This document shows, in pieces, positions 17,359-26,576 of a DNA stretch of 64,000 nt. Origin of the DNA: an uncultured Chlamydiae bacterium (GTDB taxonomy: Bacteria > Chlamydiota > Chlamydiia > Chlamydiales > JAJFMB01); assembly GCA_963696295.1 (NCBI GenBank), contig CAVOJR010000001.1, forward strand, positions 736,001 to 800,000, in the 5' to 3' direction. The notes beneath the pieces were generated by a model. That model was not told the origin of the DNA and did no database searches. It worked only from the letters and a program-made list of their open reading frames with translations. The translations under genes and the position numbers were made by a program. The first letter of the stretch is position 1, and every line of letters starts with the position of its first letter.

Positions 17359-19248
17359 ATGAATTCCATGGAGTTTAACGAGCTATTCCATCTACTCCAG
17401 AGCGGCGATGAAATGGATAGGATTGAAGCCAAATCAGCTGCGCATGGTATTGGAAAAAGTTTCCTTGAAACAGTTTCTGCTTATAGTAACGAGCCTGGAT
17501 TAGGTGGTGGCTATATTTTGCTGGGTATTACGGAAAATGAAGAAACCGATGTCTCTAAATACCGCATTACAGGCATTGCGGATCCTGATAAACTCCAAAA
17601 CGAAATCGCTTCTCAATGCAGGCAATGCTTTAATTTTCCTATTCGGCCCATTATCAAAGTGATTTCCCAACCTCAAGGATGTATTCTTCTGGTTTACATT
17701 TCCGAGTCTAATACGCACGAAAAGCCCGTTTACATCAAAAGTAGAGGGATCGATGAGGGAGCCTATCGTCGTATAGGATCTTCTGATCAGATTTGTACGC
17801 GTGAAGATTTGGACTTATTATATCAGCTTCGTTCCAAGCGTAAATATGATGAAACGCTTGTAGAGAACGCATCTTTTGAAGACTTTGAGCCGGAAGCAAT
17901 TAAACAATACCGACATGAAAGAGCCAAAATCAAATTGGATGCTCAGGAGTTGAGCTACAGCGATGAAGACTTGTTGAAAGCCGTTCGCGCGATTGAAACG
18001 GAAAAAGGCGTTACACTGCCGACTATAGGAGGTCTTCTTCTTTTTGGTAAGAAAATGGCGCTGCGGCGACTATTTCCTCTCAAGAATCAAGTAGATTATA
18101 TGCTTGTTGAAGGAAGGGATTGGGTAACCGATTCAGAGAAGCGTTATACGGCTTTTGAAATGTGCGAAGCTCTGATCACTGGTATCCCTCGCCTCATTAG
18201 CCAGATCATGACTGATATCCGGCAAGTTTTTGCCTTGGAAGAAGATAAAATACGAAGGAAGGATAACCCTGTCATCCCTAGGATGGTCATTCGAGAATCT
18301 GTGGTCAATGCATTAATGCATAAGGATTACAGAGTGACCAGTCCTACACAAATCATAAAATACGCCAATCGAACTGAATTTCGCAATGTGGGTTATTCTT
18401 TAAAACCTCAGGAGCAATTGGGTTTACCAGGATCAATGCTGAGAAATCCCATTCTTGCCCAAGTGTTTCGCGATATTCATTATGCAGAAGGAAAAGGGAC
18501 AGGCATTGGGACGATGCGCGATGAGATGAAAAAAGCAAATCTTTCTGTCCCTCTGATTGAATCGGACCGATTCAGCAACCTTTTCGTATTGACCCTGCTG
18601 CCACACCATCTCTTTGACAAAGAGGACATTCAATGGCTTCATTCTTTCAAGCAGCATCACCTGACAGATGAGGAGGCCCGTACTTTAATCGTTATTCGAG
18701 AAAAAGGGTCTATTTCAAATGCCGAATATCGCACCATTAATGGTGTTGACACTCTTGCTGCCAGCTCTCATTTACGCAGGCTCCGCGATCTTGGTCTTTT
18801 GGATCAAAAAGGTAGGGGAAATACTACTTTTTACGTTCCCTCCAAAAAGTTGCTTGTTTCATCCGAAACCCCTCATACAAGCTCGTTATCTGAGGGGTTA
18901 ACCCCTCATATATCTGAGGGGTTAACTCCCCATATAAGGTCTTTGCCAGAGGAGTTGATGGGGCTTAGCCAGGACTTAAAAGAAATAATTCAAAAAATTG
19001 GCATAAGAACTCCTCATGCTAGGATTCGAGAAGCGATTAAACGTCTATGTTCATCACGCCCTTTTAAACCAAGTGAAATAGCCCTTCTTTTGAAAAGAAA
19101 TCAACGACATATGCGCGATTATTACTTAACTCCTATGGTTGAATTGGGAGAGCTAGAATTAGTGTTTCCCGATAATCCAGCACATCCTCAACAGGCCTAC
19201 CAAGTCAATTCAGCTCGTGCATCAATTATAACAACAGAAAGTGATTGA
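17359..19248 (+). CDS. AlbA_2 (Schlafen-like) + HATPase_c_4 + HTH protein
   Basis: N-terminal E...IEAK...SAYSN...GGYILLG; RESVVNALMHKDY; RNPILAQVF...EGKGTG; C-terminal FPDNPAHPQQAY; AGGAG RBS before ATG 17359. Confidence 0.85.
   Translation: MNSMEFNELFHLLQSGDEMDRIEAKSAAHGIGKSFLETVSAYSNEPGLGGGYILLGITENEETDVSKYRITGIADPDKLQNEIASQCRQCFNFPIRPIIKVISQPQGCILLVYISESNTHEKPVYIKSRGIDEGAYRRIGSSDQICTREDLDLLYQLRSKRKYDETLVENASFEDFEPEAIKQYRHERAKIKLDAQELSYSDEDLLKAVRAIETEKGVTLPTIGGLLLFGKKMALRRLFPLKNQVDYMLVEGRDWVTDSEKRYTAFEMCEALITGIPRLISQIMTDIRQVFALEEDKIRRKDNPVIPRMVIRESVVNALMHKDYRVTSPTQIIKYANRTEFRNVGYSLKPQEQLGLPGSMLRNPILAQVFRDIHYAEGKGTGIGTMRDEMKKANLSVPLIESDRFSNLFVLTLLPHHLFDKEDIQWLHSFKQHHLTDEEARTLIVIREKGSISNAEYRTINGVDTLAASSHLRRLRDLGLLDQKGRGNTTFYVPSKKLLVSSETPHTSSLSEGLTPHISEGLTPHIRSLPEELMGLSQDLKEIIQKIGIRTPHARIREAIKRLCSSRPFKPSEIALLLKRNQRHMRDYYLTPMVELGELELVFPDNPAHPQQAYQVNSARASIITTESD
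18887..18934. repeat. 24-bp coding tandem repeat containing a perfect 18-bp palindrome
   Basis: tatctgaggggttaacccctcata followed by tatctgaggggttaactccccata; TGAGGGGTTAACCCCTCA at 18891-18908. Confidence 0.85.
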
Positions 19249-19280
19249 TTTCAGACTGCCAAAAACCATTGCCCTGCACA

Positions 19281-19318
19281 CATGGATTCTTGCCAATCCA
19301 TGGCTAGCATGCTATCAT
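19281..19318 (+). promoter_or_regulatory. Sigma70-type promoter overlapped by an 8-bp inverted repeat
   Basis: TTGCCA (19290-95) N17 TATCAT (19313-18); IR catggatt / aatccatg at 19281-19302. Confidence 0.45.
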
Positions 19319-19341
19319 CCATGCATTAATAGGTAAGTCAT

Positions 19342-19917
19342 ATGGCTTTCAGAAATTCTTTGTTGTTTTTACATGTGGAGGAGTTAAGGGAGATAGCCCG
19401 CAGACTTTCCCTCGCAGATAAGGGAAATAAGATCGCCCTCATTATGCGTATTGTGCATTTTTTGAAAACGGGGCAAAAGCTGGCCATCCCAAAGTTCCCC
19501 GAAAAGTCCTGCGCAAAGCGGGGGGTTTATCCCTTGAACGAAGACGCCTTGATGTTAAAAGGGGCTTATAAAAATGACTTAAAAACAAGGTTGTTTTTCA
19601 AACAGATGATTGGCGATCATTTTCATTTTACGGCCTTTGGCATCGACTGGTTAAATGAGCGGTGGATGGAAGGCAATCCCCCGACTTACCGGGAATTTGC
19701 CAAGATGTGGCAAGAAGAATTCGAAAAGCGCCAAAAAACGCCGGCTGCCCCTAAAGAAGAATGGGCCTACATTAACTTCGTACAAAAGTTTTTGCTAACT
19801 TCCCCTGCAGCTTCACGAGAAAGCATCCAACACGCATGGGAACTTGAGCGGGAGAGACATAAAACAATCGTATATAACGACATAAAAAAGCTCACGGAAC
19901 TTTCCGTGAGCCATTGA
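19342..19917 (+). CDS. SAP-like / DUF6434-like small protein
   Basis: N-terminal ELREIARRLSL..KGNK..LI.RI (SAP-like); YKND..TRLFFKQMIG.HFHF. Confidence 0.65.
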   Translation: MAFRNSLLFLHVEELREIARRLSLADKGNKIALIMRIVHFLKTGQKLAIPKFPEKSCAKRGVYPLNEDALMLKGAYKNDLKTRLFFKQMIGDHFHFTAFGIDWLNERWMEGNPPTYREFAKMWQEEFEKRQKTPAAPKEEWAYINFVQKFLLTSPAASRESIQHAWELERERHKTIVYNDIKKLTELSVSH

Positions 19918-20330
19918 TGGAGGTGGAGAGAGTCGAACTCTCGTCCTAAGCAAACTCCATACTAATCTCTACATGCTTAATGCCCTAAAATTTCATTGCT
20001 CCCGACGTAGGGCACCCCGCTAGAAGCAACCTGTTTCATTTGATCTCGACTTGCCGCCCCTAGAAACGACGGAACCGCAAGCCATACCAAGTAAATGACG
20101 ATAGACCCTAAGACCCTCGGTCCAATCTTAGGCTATCGGGCAGTTTAAGTCAGTTAAGTCTTAAGCTGCAACAAGTTCGCAGTTCATTTCTTCAACATGA
20201 TTGAAGTTAAGAGCTACGACTTTTGTGCTATTTCTGGCACTTAATTGTTCACCGGTTTTTTTAGGAGGCCAACCGATATCCTCCGCATGCAACTAATACT
20301 TTGTTCCCCAGTCGAAACCTTTACACCCCC
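19918..20330 (-). ncRNA. ssrA: tmRNA
   Basis: 5' GGGGGTGTAAAGGTTTCGAC; 3' T-arm/acceptor GAGAGTTCGACTCTCTCCACCTCCA; tag ORF 20238..20161 reads ARNSTKVVALNFNHVEEMNCELVAA*. Confidence 0.95.
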
Positions 20331-20405
20331 ACTAGAATTTTACCACAATCCCCCTTTATTTGAAAAGTGTAGACTTTTAGAGGCAAATCCGTATAATTTC
20401 TCCTT

Positions 20406-23400
20406 ATGTTCCACGAAATAGCCAACGAAAGTTTTGATGAAAGAGAAAAGCGGATCCTGAAATTCTGGCAGGAGAAGCGCGTTTTCGAGCGCTCCGTCGA
20501 GGGGCGGAAGGACCACCCCGTCTTCACCATCTACGACGGCCCCCCCTTCGCCACCGGCCTGCCCCACTACGGCCACCTGCTGGCAGGCACCATCAAAGAT
20601 GTCGTCCCCCGCTACAAAACCATGAAAGGCTTTTGCGTGCCGCGCCGCTTCGGCTGGGATTGCCACGGCCTGCCGATCGAAAACGAAATCGAGAAAGCCC
20701 ACGGCCTGTCCGGAGCCAAATCGATCGAGGAGTTCGGCATCGCCAAATTCAACGAAGAGTGCCGCAGCATCGTCCTCCGCTACACCGAAGAGTGGAAATC
20801 CACGGTCCATCGCATGGGCCGCTGCGTCGATTTCAGCCAAACCTACCGCACCATGGACCTCTCCTTTATGGAATCGGTCTGGTGGGTCTTCAAGCGCCTC
20901 TTTGAGAAAGGGCTTGTCTATGAAGGGTTTAGAGTTATGCCCTTCTCGGCCAAATTAGGCACCCCCCTATCGAATTTCGAGGCCGGCGAAAACTACAAAG
21001 ATGTCGACGATCCGGCTTTAACCGTCACTTTCCCCCTCCTCGACGATCCGGAAACCGCCCTGCTCGCCTGGACGACCACCCCCTGGACCCTCGTTTCCAA
21101 CCTGGCCGTCATGGCCGGACCCGATATCGACTACGTCCGCATCCTCGACCGCGCCTCGGGAAAAAAATACATTTTGGCCAAAAATTGCCTCCCCTCCTTC
21201 TATAAAAATGAAAGCGACTACGCTATAGAAGCCGAATTCAAAGGGCAGAAACTGCAGCACGTGCGCTATCTGCCCATTTTGCCCTATTTCGCCCACCAGA
21301 CCGAGGCGTTCAAAGTCATCCTCGAGGAGAATGTCGCCACCGACGAGGGCACCGGCCTCGTGCATTCTGCGCCGGCCTTCGGCGAGATGGACTTTTACGC
21401 CTGCCAGCGGGAAGGGATCCCGCTCGTTTGCCCCGTGGACAACAATGGCCGCTTCAGCGACGAAATCGCCGAATACAAGGGCCTCTTTGTCAAAGACGCC
21501 GACAAAGAGATCATCAAGAGGCTCAAACACGAGGGGCGCGTCTTCCACCACTCTACCATCCGCCACCGCTACCCCTTCTGCTGGCGCTCCGACACCCCGC
21601 TGATCTATAAAGCCGTCAGCACCTGGTTTGTCGCCGTAGAACAGCTAAAAAGCGCCATGCTGCGGGCCAATACGCAGATCCACTGGACCCCCGAACACCT
21701 CAAATACGGCCGTTTCGGCAAATGGCTGGAGGGAGCGCGAGACTGGAACATCAGCCGCAACCGCTACTGGGGAACCCCCATCCCGATCTGGCGCGCGGAG
21801 GATGGAGAACTCCTGGTGGTCGGCAGCATCGCCGAGCTTGAAACGCTCGCCAAGACTAAAGTGACCGACCTGCACCGCCACTTCATCGACGATATCCCGA
21901 TCGAAAAAGGGGGCAAAATCTACCGGCGCATTCCCGAAGTGTTCGACTGCTGGTTCGAGTCGGGCTCGATGCCGTATGCCCAAAACCACTACCCCTTTGA
22001 AAATCAGGAGCTCTTTGAGAAAAATTTCCCGGCCGACTTTATCGCCGAAGGGCTCGATCAGACGCGCGGCTGGTTCTACACCCTGACTGTGCTGGCGGCG
22101 GCCCTCTTCGACAAACCCGCTTTTAACAACGTGATCTGCAACGGCATCATGCTCGCCGAAGACGGCGCCAAGATGTCAAAACGGCTGCGCAACTACCCGG
22201 ACCCCCTGCACGTCATCGAAAAGTATGGCGCCGACGCCGTCCGCCTCTATATGATGCACAGCCCCGCCGTCAAAGCCGACGACCTCCGCTTCAAAGAGAG
22301 CGGCGTCGAACTCGTTTTGCGGCAGATTTTGATCCCCCTCTGGAACGCCTACAGCTTCTTCATCACCTACGCCAGGCTCTATCACTGGAAGCCGCCCTCC
22401 ACCTTCACCAAACCAAAAGCCGTCATCGACCGCTGGGTGCTCTCCGTCCTGCATCAGCTCATCCACGAAGTGGAAGAGGGGATGGACGCCTACGATTTGA
22501 GCCGGGCTGTCGAGCCCTTTGTCGCCTTCATCGACAACTTGACCAACTGGTATATCCGCCGCAGCCGCCGCCGCTTCTGGGAAGAGGACAACCTGCCCGA
22601 CCGCGACCTCGCTTTTGAAACGCTCTACCAGGTGCTGCTCCAGCTGACGAAGATCACCGCGCCTTTTGTTCCCTTCATCAGCGACGCGATCTATCGCAAC
22701 CTGCGCACCCCTGAAATGCCCGAATCGGTGCACCTTTGCGACTACCCGAAATACCTGCATGACGTGCGCGATGTCCACCTCGAACAGGCGATGGACGCCG
22801 TGATGCAAACCGTTTCCCTGGGCCATTCGCTGCGGAAAGAAAATAAAATCAAAGTGCGTCAGCCATTAAGAGAGGCGCATGTCGCTTCCGACGACCCCAA
22901 CCTGCTCGTGCTCCTGAAAGAGCAGCAGGGCCTGATCGCCGATGAATTGAATGTGAAGCAAGTGCACTTCAGCTCGCACGAGAGTCAGTTCGTCTCCCTC
23001 ATTGTCAAACCGAACTTCCGCGTCCTTGGAAAAAAGGTGGGCAAAAACATGCGGGAAGCGCAGGAAAAAATCGCTAAAATCGACCGCAAACAGATCCTCT
23101 CCCTCTTCCAGGGGAAAGAGATCGCGATCGATTTAGAAGGAGAGCCTTTTACCATCACCCCCGACGATGTGCAGATCGAGCGCAAAGTGCACGACGGGAT
23201 TATCGCCGCCAACGTCGGCAACATCACCATTGCCCTGGACACCGAGCTTTCCGAAGAGCTTTTAAGCGAGGGACTTGCGCGCGAGATCGTCAACAAAATC
23301 AACACCATGCGCCGCGAGGGGAACTTCGACGTCGCCGAACGGATCCATGTCAAGATGCAAACAACCGAGCGGGTGAAACAATGTGTCGAGAGCTACCGCG

Positions 23401-23510
23401 ACTACATTTCCAAAGAAATATTAGCCCTCTCCTTCGACTTCGCCCCTTGCGCCGGGACCGAATGGGACCTGAACGGCGAACCGGCTATCATCGAACTTAA
23501 AAAGAACTGA
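20406..23510 (+). CDS. ileS: Isoleucine--tRNA ligase (type 2)
   Basis: DGPPFATGLPHYGH, GWDCHGLP, WTTTPWTL, ISRNRYWGTPIP, KMSKR; long type-2 C-terminus. Confidence 0.98.
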   Translation: MFHEIANESFDEREKRILKFWQEKRVFERSVEGRKDHPVFTIYDGPPFATGLPHYGHLLAGTIKDVVPRYKTMKGFCVPRRFGWDCHGLPIENEIEKAHGLSGAKSIEEFGIAKFNEECRSIVLRYTEEWKSTVHRMGRCVDFSQTYRTMDLSFMESVWWVFKRLFEKGLVYEGFRVMPFSAKLGTPLSNFEAGENYKDVDDPALTVTFPLLDDPETALLAWTTTPWTLVSNLAVMAGPDIDYVRILDRASGKKYILAKNCLPSFYKNESDYAIEAEFKGQKLQHVRYLPILPYFAHQTEAFKVILEENVATDEGTGLVHSAPAFGEMDFYACQREGIPLVCPVDNNGRFSDEIAEYKGLFVKDADKEIIKRLKHEGRVFHHSTIRHRYPFCWRSDTPLIYKAVSTWFVAVEQLKSAMLRANTQIHWTPEHLKYGRFGKWLEGARDWNISRNRYWGTPIPIWRAEDGELLVVGSIAELETLAKTKVTDLHRHFIDDIPIEKGGKIYRRIPEVFDCWFESGSMPYAQNHYPFENQELFEKNFPADFIAEGLDQTRGWFYTLTVLAAALFDKPAFNNVICNGIMLAEDGAKMSKRLRNYPDPLHVIEKYGADAVRLYMMHSPAVKADDLRFKESGVELVLRQILIPLWNAYSFFITYARLYHWKPPSTFTKPKAVIDRWVLSVLHQLIHEVEEGMDAYDLSRAVEPFVAFIDNLTNWYIRRSRRRFWEEDNLPDRDLAFETLYQVLLQLTKITAPFVPFISDAIYRNLRTPEMPESVHLCDYPKYLHDVRDVHLEQAMDAVMQTVSLGHSLRKENKIKVRQPLREAHVASDDPNLLVLLKEQQGLIADELNVKQVHFSSHESQFVSLIVKPNFRVLGKKVGKNMREAQEKIAKIDRKQILSLFQGKEIAIDLEGEPFTITPDDVQIERKVHDGIIAANVGNITIALDTELSEELLSEGLAREIVNKINTMRREGNFDVAERIHVKMQTTERVKQCVESYRDYISKEILALSFDFAPCAGTEWDLNGEPAIIELKKN

Positions 23511-23515
23511 AATTC

Positions 23516-23959
23516 TCAGCGACAGGGATCATAGACCCCAAGCCACTTATTTTTACCGAGCTGCAATAGCTTTTCATCATGGGTAACTAAAATGGCATTA
23601 GATTCACAAGCAGTTGCTACGAGGATTCTGTCGGCAGGATCTCCATGGGGATTGCCCGGCAAACGGAAACTTTGTATAGCTATACGAGGAGAAAGCGGAA
23701 GGAGATTAACTCCAGGCTTACCCAGACTTTCCTCTATCCAATCAATACAATCCATCTCCAATTCGATCCTTTTTCTCTCCACCAACATACCTATTTCCCA
23801 AATTGTGATAGCAGAGATGAAAATCAAACTATTTTCTTGGCTCTCATCTATGGCTCGCCTAAAATTTCGACTCAATCTCTCGTCTCCCATTATAAGCCAA
23901 ATCCAGACATGAGTATCGAGCAGCAATTTGTGTTTTTTTACACTTTTAAGAACAGGCAT
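23516..23959 (-). CDS. vapC: PIN-domain toxin
   Basis: LLLDTHVWIW, SAITIWEI, HGDPADRILVATA, LVTHD. Confidence 0.9.
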   Translation of the reverse strand: MPVLKSVKKHKLLLDTHVWIWLIMGDERLSRNFRRAIDESQENSLIFISAITIWEIGMLVERKRIELEMDCIDWIEESLGKPGVNLLPLSPRIAIQSFRLPGNPHGDPADRILVATACESNAILVTHDEKLLQLGKNKWLGVYDPCR

Positions 23960-24176
23960 CCCAATCTTCTCCAATAGGTAGAATCAAGTCTCCCTTAATG
24001 TGTATAGTGCCTTTCATGATTCCGAATAGCGATTGCTTTTCTGTTTCAATCGGTACAAGTTTAGCAATAGGCTGATTGCGCTTAGTGATAATCACGCTGT
24101 TTTTTTTTGCATGAACTTCATCCATAATTTTTAAACATTCCGCTTTAAATTTGCCCGCCTGGATAATGCGCCTCAT
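23946..24176 (-). CDS. Phd/YefM-family antitoxin
   Basis: IQAGKFKAECLKIMDEV...IITKRNQPIAKLVP; GGAGG RBS; overlaps the vapC start. Confidence 0.9.
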   Translation of the reverse strand: MRRIIQAGKFKAECLKIMDEVHAKKNSVIITKRNQPIAKLVPIETEKQSLFGIMKGTIHIKGDLILPIGEDWDACS

Positions 24177-24395
24177 CCTTAACCTCCTATTACGTCTATA
24201 GTCAGATCCATAGTCATGATATAATGCTTTAAAAAAATAGAATTGTGGTATAATAAAAACATGAAAAGAAAGTTTTACAAAACTGTTCATACCATAAAAA
24301 CTTTTATTCAAAGGTTGAAAGACCCTTTTCGCCATATCCACTTTTAATTGACTTAATAAAACCTTTATGTTATTATTTTCTTTTTATGAGGTTTT

Positions 24396-26129
24396 ATGTC
24401 GTCAATTACTAATTCCATTCCGCTTCCCCTCGCCTTTTGGAAGCCGGCCGTAAAACAAGGTCAAGTGGATCAAATATCTATTCTTGCGCGGACCGGTCTT
24501 GTGGCCGCGGTGGCCTTTTCCGCTTTGATCAGAGCGCTGTCCAGGCCAAACCCAGCAGCCGCGCTTCTGATTTACCCGGGTGTTTATGGGGTATTTGGGC
24601 TTTCATGGCTTGTCATGAGTTTTGAAGATTGGCGCGCCCGCCGTGAAATTTACCGCATTGCCGTAGAATTTCTTGTAAAACCGGCCTCCGATCCTTCTTA
24701 CGATGCCGCTTCTGCGCTAAAACTTCTTCAATCCATGGCAGAAAATCCGGCAGCTCTTAAAGCCTATTTGAATCACCCTAAGACCAGGGCAGAGGACCTT
24801 GACAGAATTTTGGAACATCTCCTTAAATATCCATCAGCTTACAAAGAGAAGGAAAAACTTGAGTCATTCCAACTTCTGGTGGATCATGCCGTTTTCAAAG
24901 CAAAACATTTTGAAAAATTGGTTAACAAAAGTAATGCCTTCAATTATATTCTCTACGCTTTGACAAAAGGGAAATTTGAGTTAAGCGAATTTACCCCAAA
25001 GCAGCAATTTCTCCTTTGGACAAGCGCTTGCCAAGAAAAAACGTTAGCTCCCCTGCTGAAAAAAAGGGGGATCGGCATCGATTCAACCAATGAGAAGGGA
25101 ATAACTCCGCTTGCCTTTGCGATTGAGCAAAAAGATATCAACGCCGTTTGCCTTCTTTTGAAGTATGGAGCAGCCACCCCGGAAACAATCAAAATTAAAG
25201 AGAAAGAGGTCGCCACAAGAGAGTATCTTAAAGACAGCCCCCTTCTTCTGGCCGCGCTGGATCAGGCAAGCCGCCCCTCAACCCCTTTTGTATGCGCTGA
25301 AAATGACCCTCATACCTTCTCCTTAAAACCCCCTATTTCGATAAGCCACAGGTTCAATACCTTTGAGGTTAGTCATTTTCCTATTGTTTTCCAAACCTAT
25401 ATAGCCACATCGGCGGCTATTATACTGGGAGCATTAACTGTTGTAAAGCACCCTATTATGTATTTCGCCGCTCTCGGCTTCAGTTCCCTTTGTGGCTATC
25501 AATTCCAAAAGCAAAGAGCCGCTGACAAACTGAATGAGATCGCTCTTAAGGAATTTGCCACCAACTACCCCTTTCACGGCGCCACAAAATACATCTCAGG
25601 AAACAAGACGGTATTTGAGCAAATTTCGGACCTGAACAAGTTAGACGACGAGGGAATGACCCTCTGGAGCACCCTTTGCGAATCCAAGGACCTTAACGAA
25701 GATCAGCTTTCCAATTTTAAACGACTGGCGGATAAGATCTTCGCCGAACAAAAATTCCCCTATTTCATCCAGGCGATCCGGAGCAAAAAGCCCCCATTTG
25801 TCGAGTATCTTCTGGAGAAAGTAAAAGATTTCTCCGAGAAGCAGCAATTCGAATGCTGGATGGAATTAAAGGACAGAAATACTCTTGCTCTACTTAAAAA
25901 GGGAGGCTTTAATATCAATGTACAAGACGAGCAGGGATATACTCCTTTATACCGCCTTCTAAAATCCCCTTTTCCTGGCCAAGACATAATTCAGGGGCTG
26001 TTAGCAAACGGAGCCGCCTTAAACCGCGATCACGTGGTAGAAGGTAAAACCGTGGCAGAGCTTATCGATAAATCCTCAAATGGAGTACAATTCATCATCA
26101 GCAGTTGGGAAAAAAAACAGGAAAAGTGA
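24396..26129 (+). CDS. Ankyrin-repeat membrane protein with internal duplication
   Basis: GITPLAFAI and GYTPLYRLL ankyrin motifs; two hydrophobic hairpins. Confidence 0.75.
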   Translation: MSSITNSIPLPLAFWKPAVKQGQVDQISILARTGLVAAVAFSALIRALSRPNPAAALLIYPGVYGVFGLSWLVMSFEDWRARREIYRIAVEFLVKPASDPSYDAASALKLLQSMAENPAALKAYLNHPKTRAEDLDRILEHLLKYPSAYKEKEKLESFQLLVDHAVFKAKHFEKLVNKSNAFNYILYALTKGKFELSEFTPKQQFLLWTSACQEKTLAPLLKKRGIGIDSTNEKGITPLAFAIEQKDINAVCLLLKYGAATPETIKIKEKEVATREYLKDSPLLLAALDQASRPSTPFVCAENDPHTFSLKPPISISHRFNTFEVSHFPIVFQTYIATSAAIILGALTVVKHPIMYFAALGFSSLCGYQFQKQRAADKLNEIALKEFATNYPFHGATKYISGNKTVFEQISDLNKLDDEGMTLWSTLCESKDLNEDQLSNFKRLADKIFAEQKFPYFIQAIRSKKPPFVEYLLEKVKDFSEKQQFECWMELKDRNTLALLKKGGFNINVQDEQGYTPLYRLLKSPFPGQDIIQGLLANGAALNRDHVVEGKTVAELIDKSSNGVQFIISSWEKKQEK

Positions 26130-26169
26130 AGGGGCGCGTCCCAGCTACCCCCTTATGTACAAGTGAAGC

Positions 26170-26535
26170 CTATTTTTTTATCAGCTTCTCGCTGCCGACC
26201 AAATTCTTATTCAAAAGAACAAAAGGGCCTTCCAGAGTTTTATCACTGATTTTGTAGATTTGCAGACCCAGTTCATCTTGGCCGGCCGAGGTATTTCTAA
26301 AGACAAAGCTGACTTCGCCGCCTCTTTTGAGGCCCGTGCCGGTGTAGGTAAATTTTTGACCCTCTTCGGTGATATTCCAGCTCGCCTGGTAGACCTCGTT
26401 TTTATCTTTTGTGATCGCGATAGTGCCGGTATAAGGCTTTTTATCGTACGGGTCGTACCCCGTAAGGTCGTAATTTCCTTCGATGGCTTTCAAAGAACTT
26501 GCTAAAATAAGAAACAATCCAATCAGTTTTTTCAT
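26170..26535 (-). CDS. Small secreted hypothetical protein (beta-rich)
   Basis: Signal peptide MKKLIGLFLILASSLKA; AAGGAG RBS. Confidence 0.75.
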   Translation of the reverse strand: MKKLIGLFLILASSLKAIEGNYDLTGYDPYDKKPYTGTIAITKDKNEVYQASWNITEEGQKFTYTGTGLKRGGEVSFVFRNTSAGQDELGLQIYKISDKTLEGPFVLLNKNLVGSEKLIKK

Positions 26536-26576
26536 AGAAAACTCCTTGTTTCCCATCTTCTAGCAGATGTGGAGTT

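Noticed and set aside
20340..23353. Several 90-216 aa ORFs overlapping ileS
   Set aside because: Shadow ORFs caused by GC-rich codon usage.
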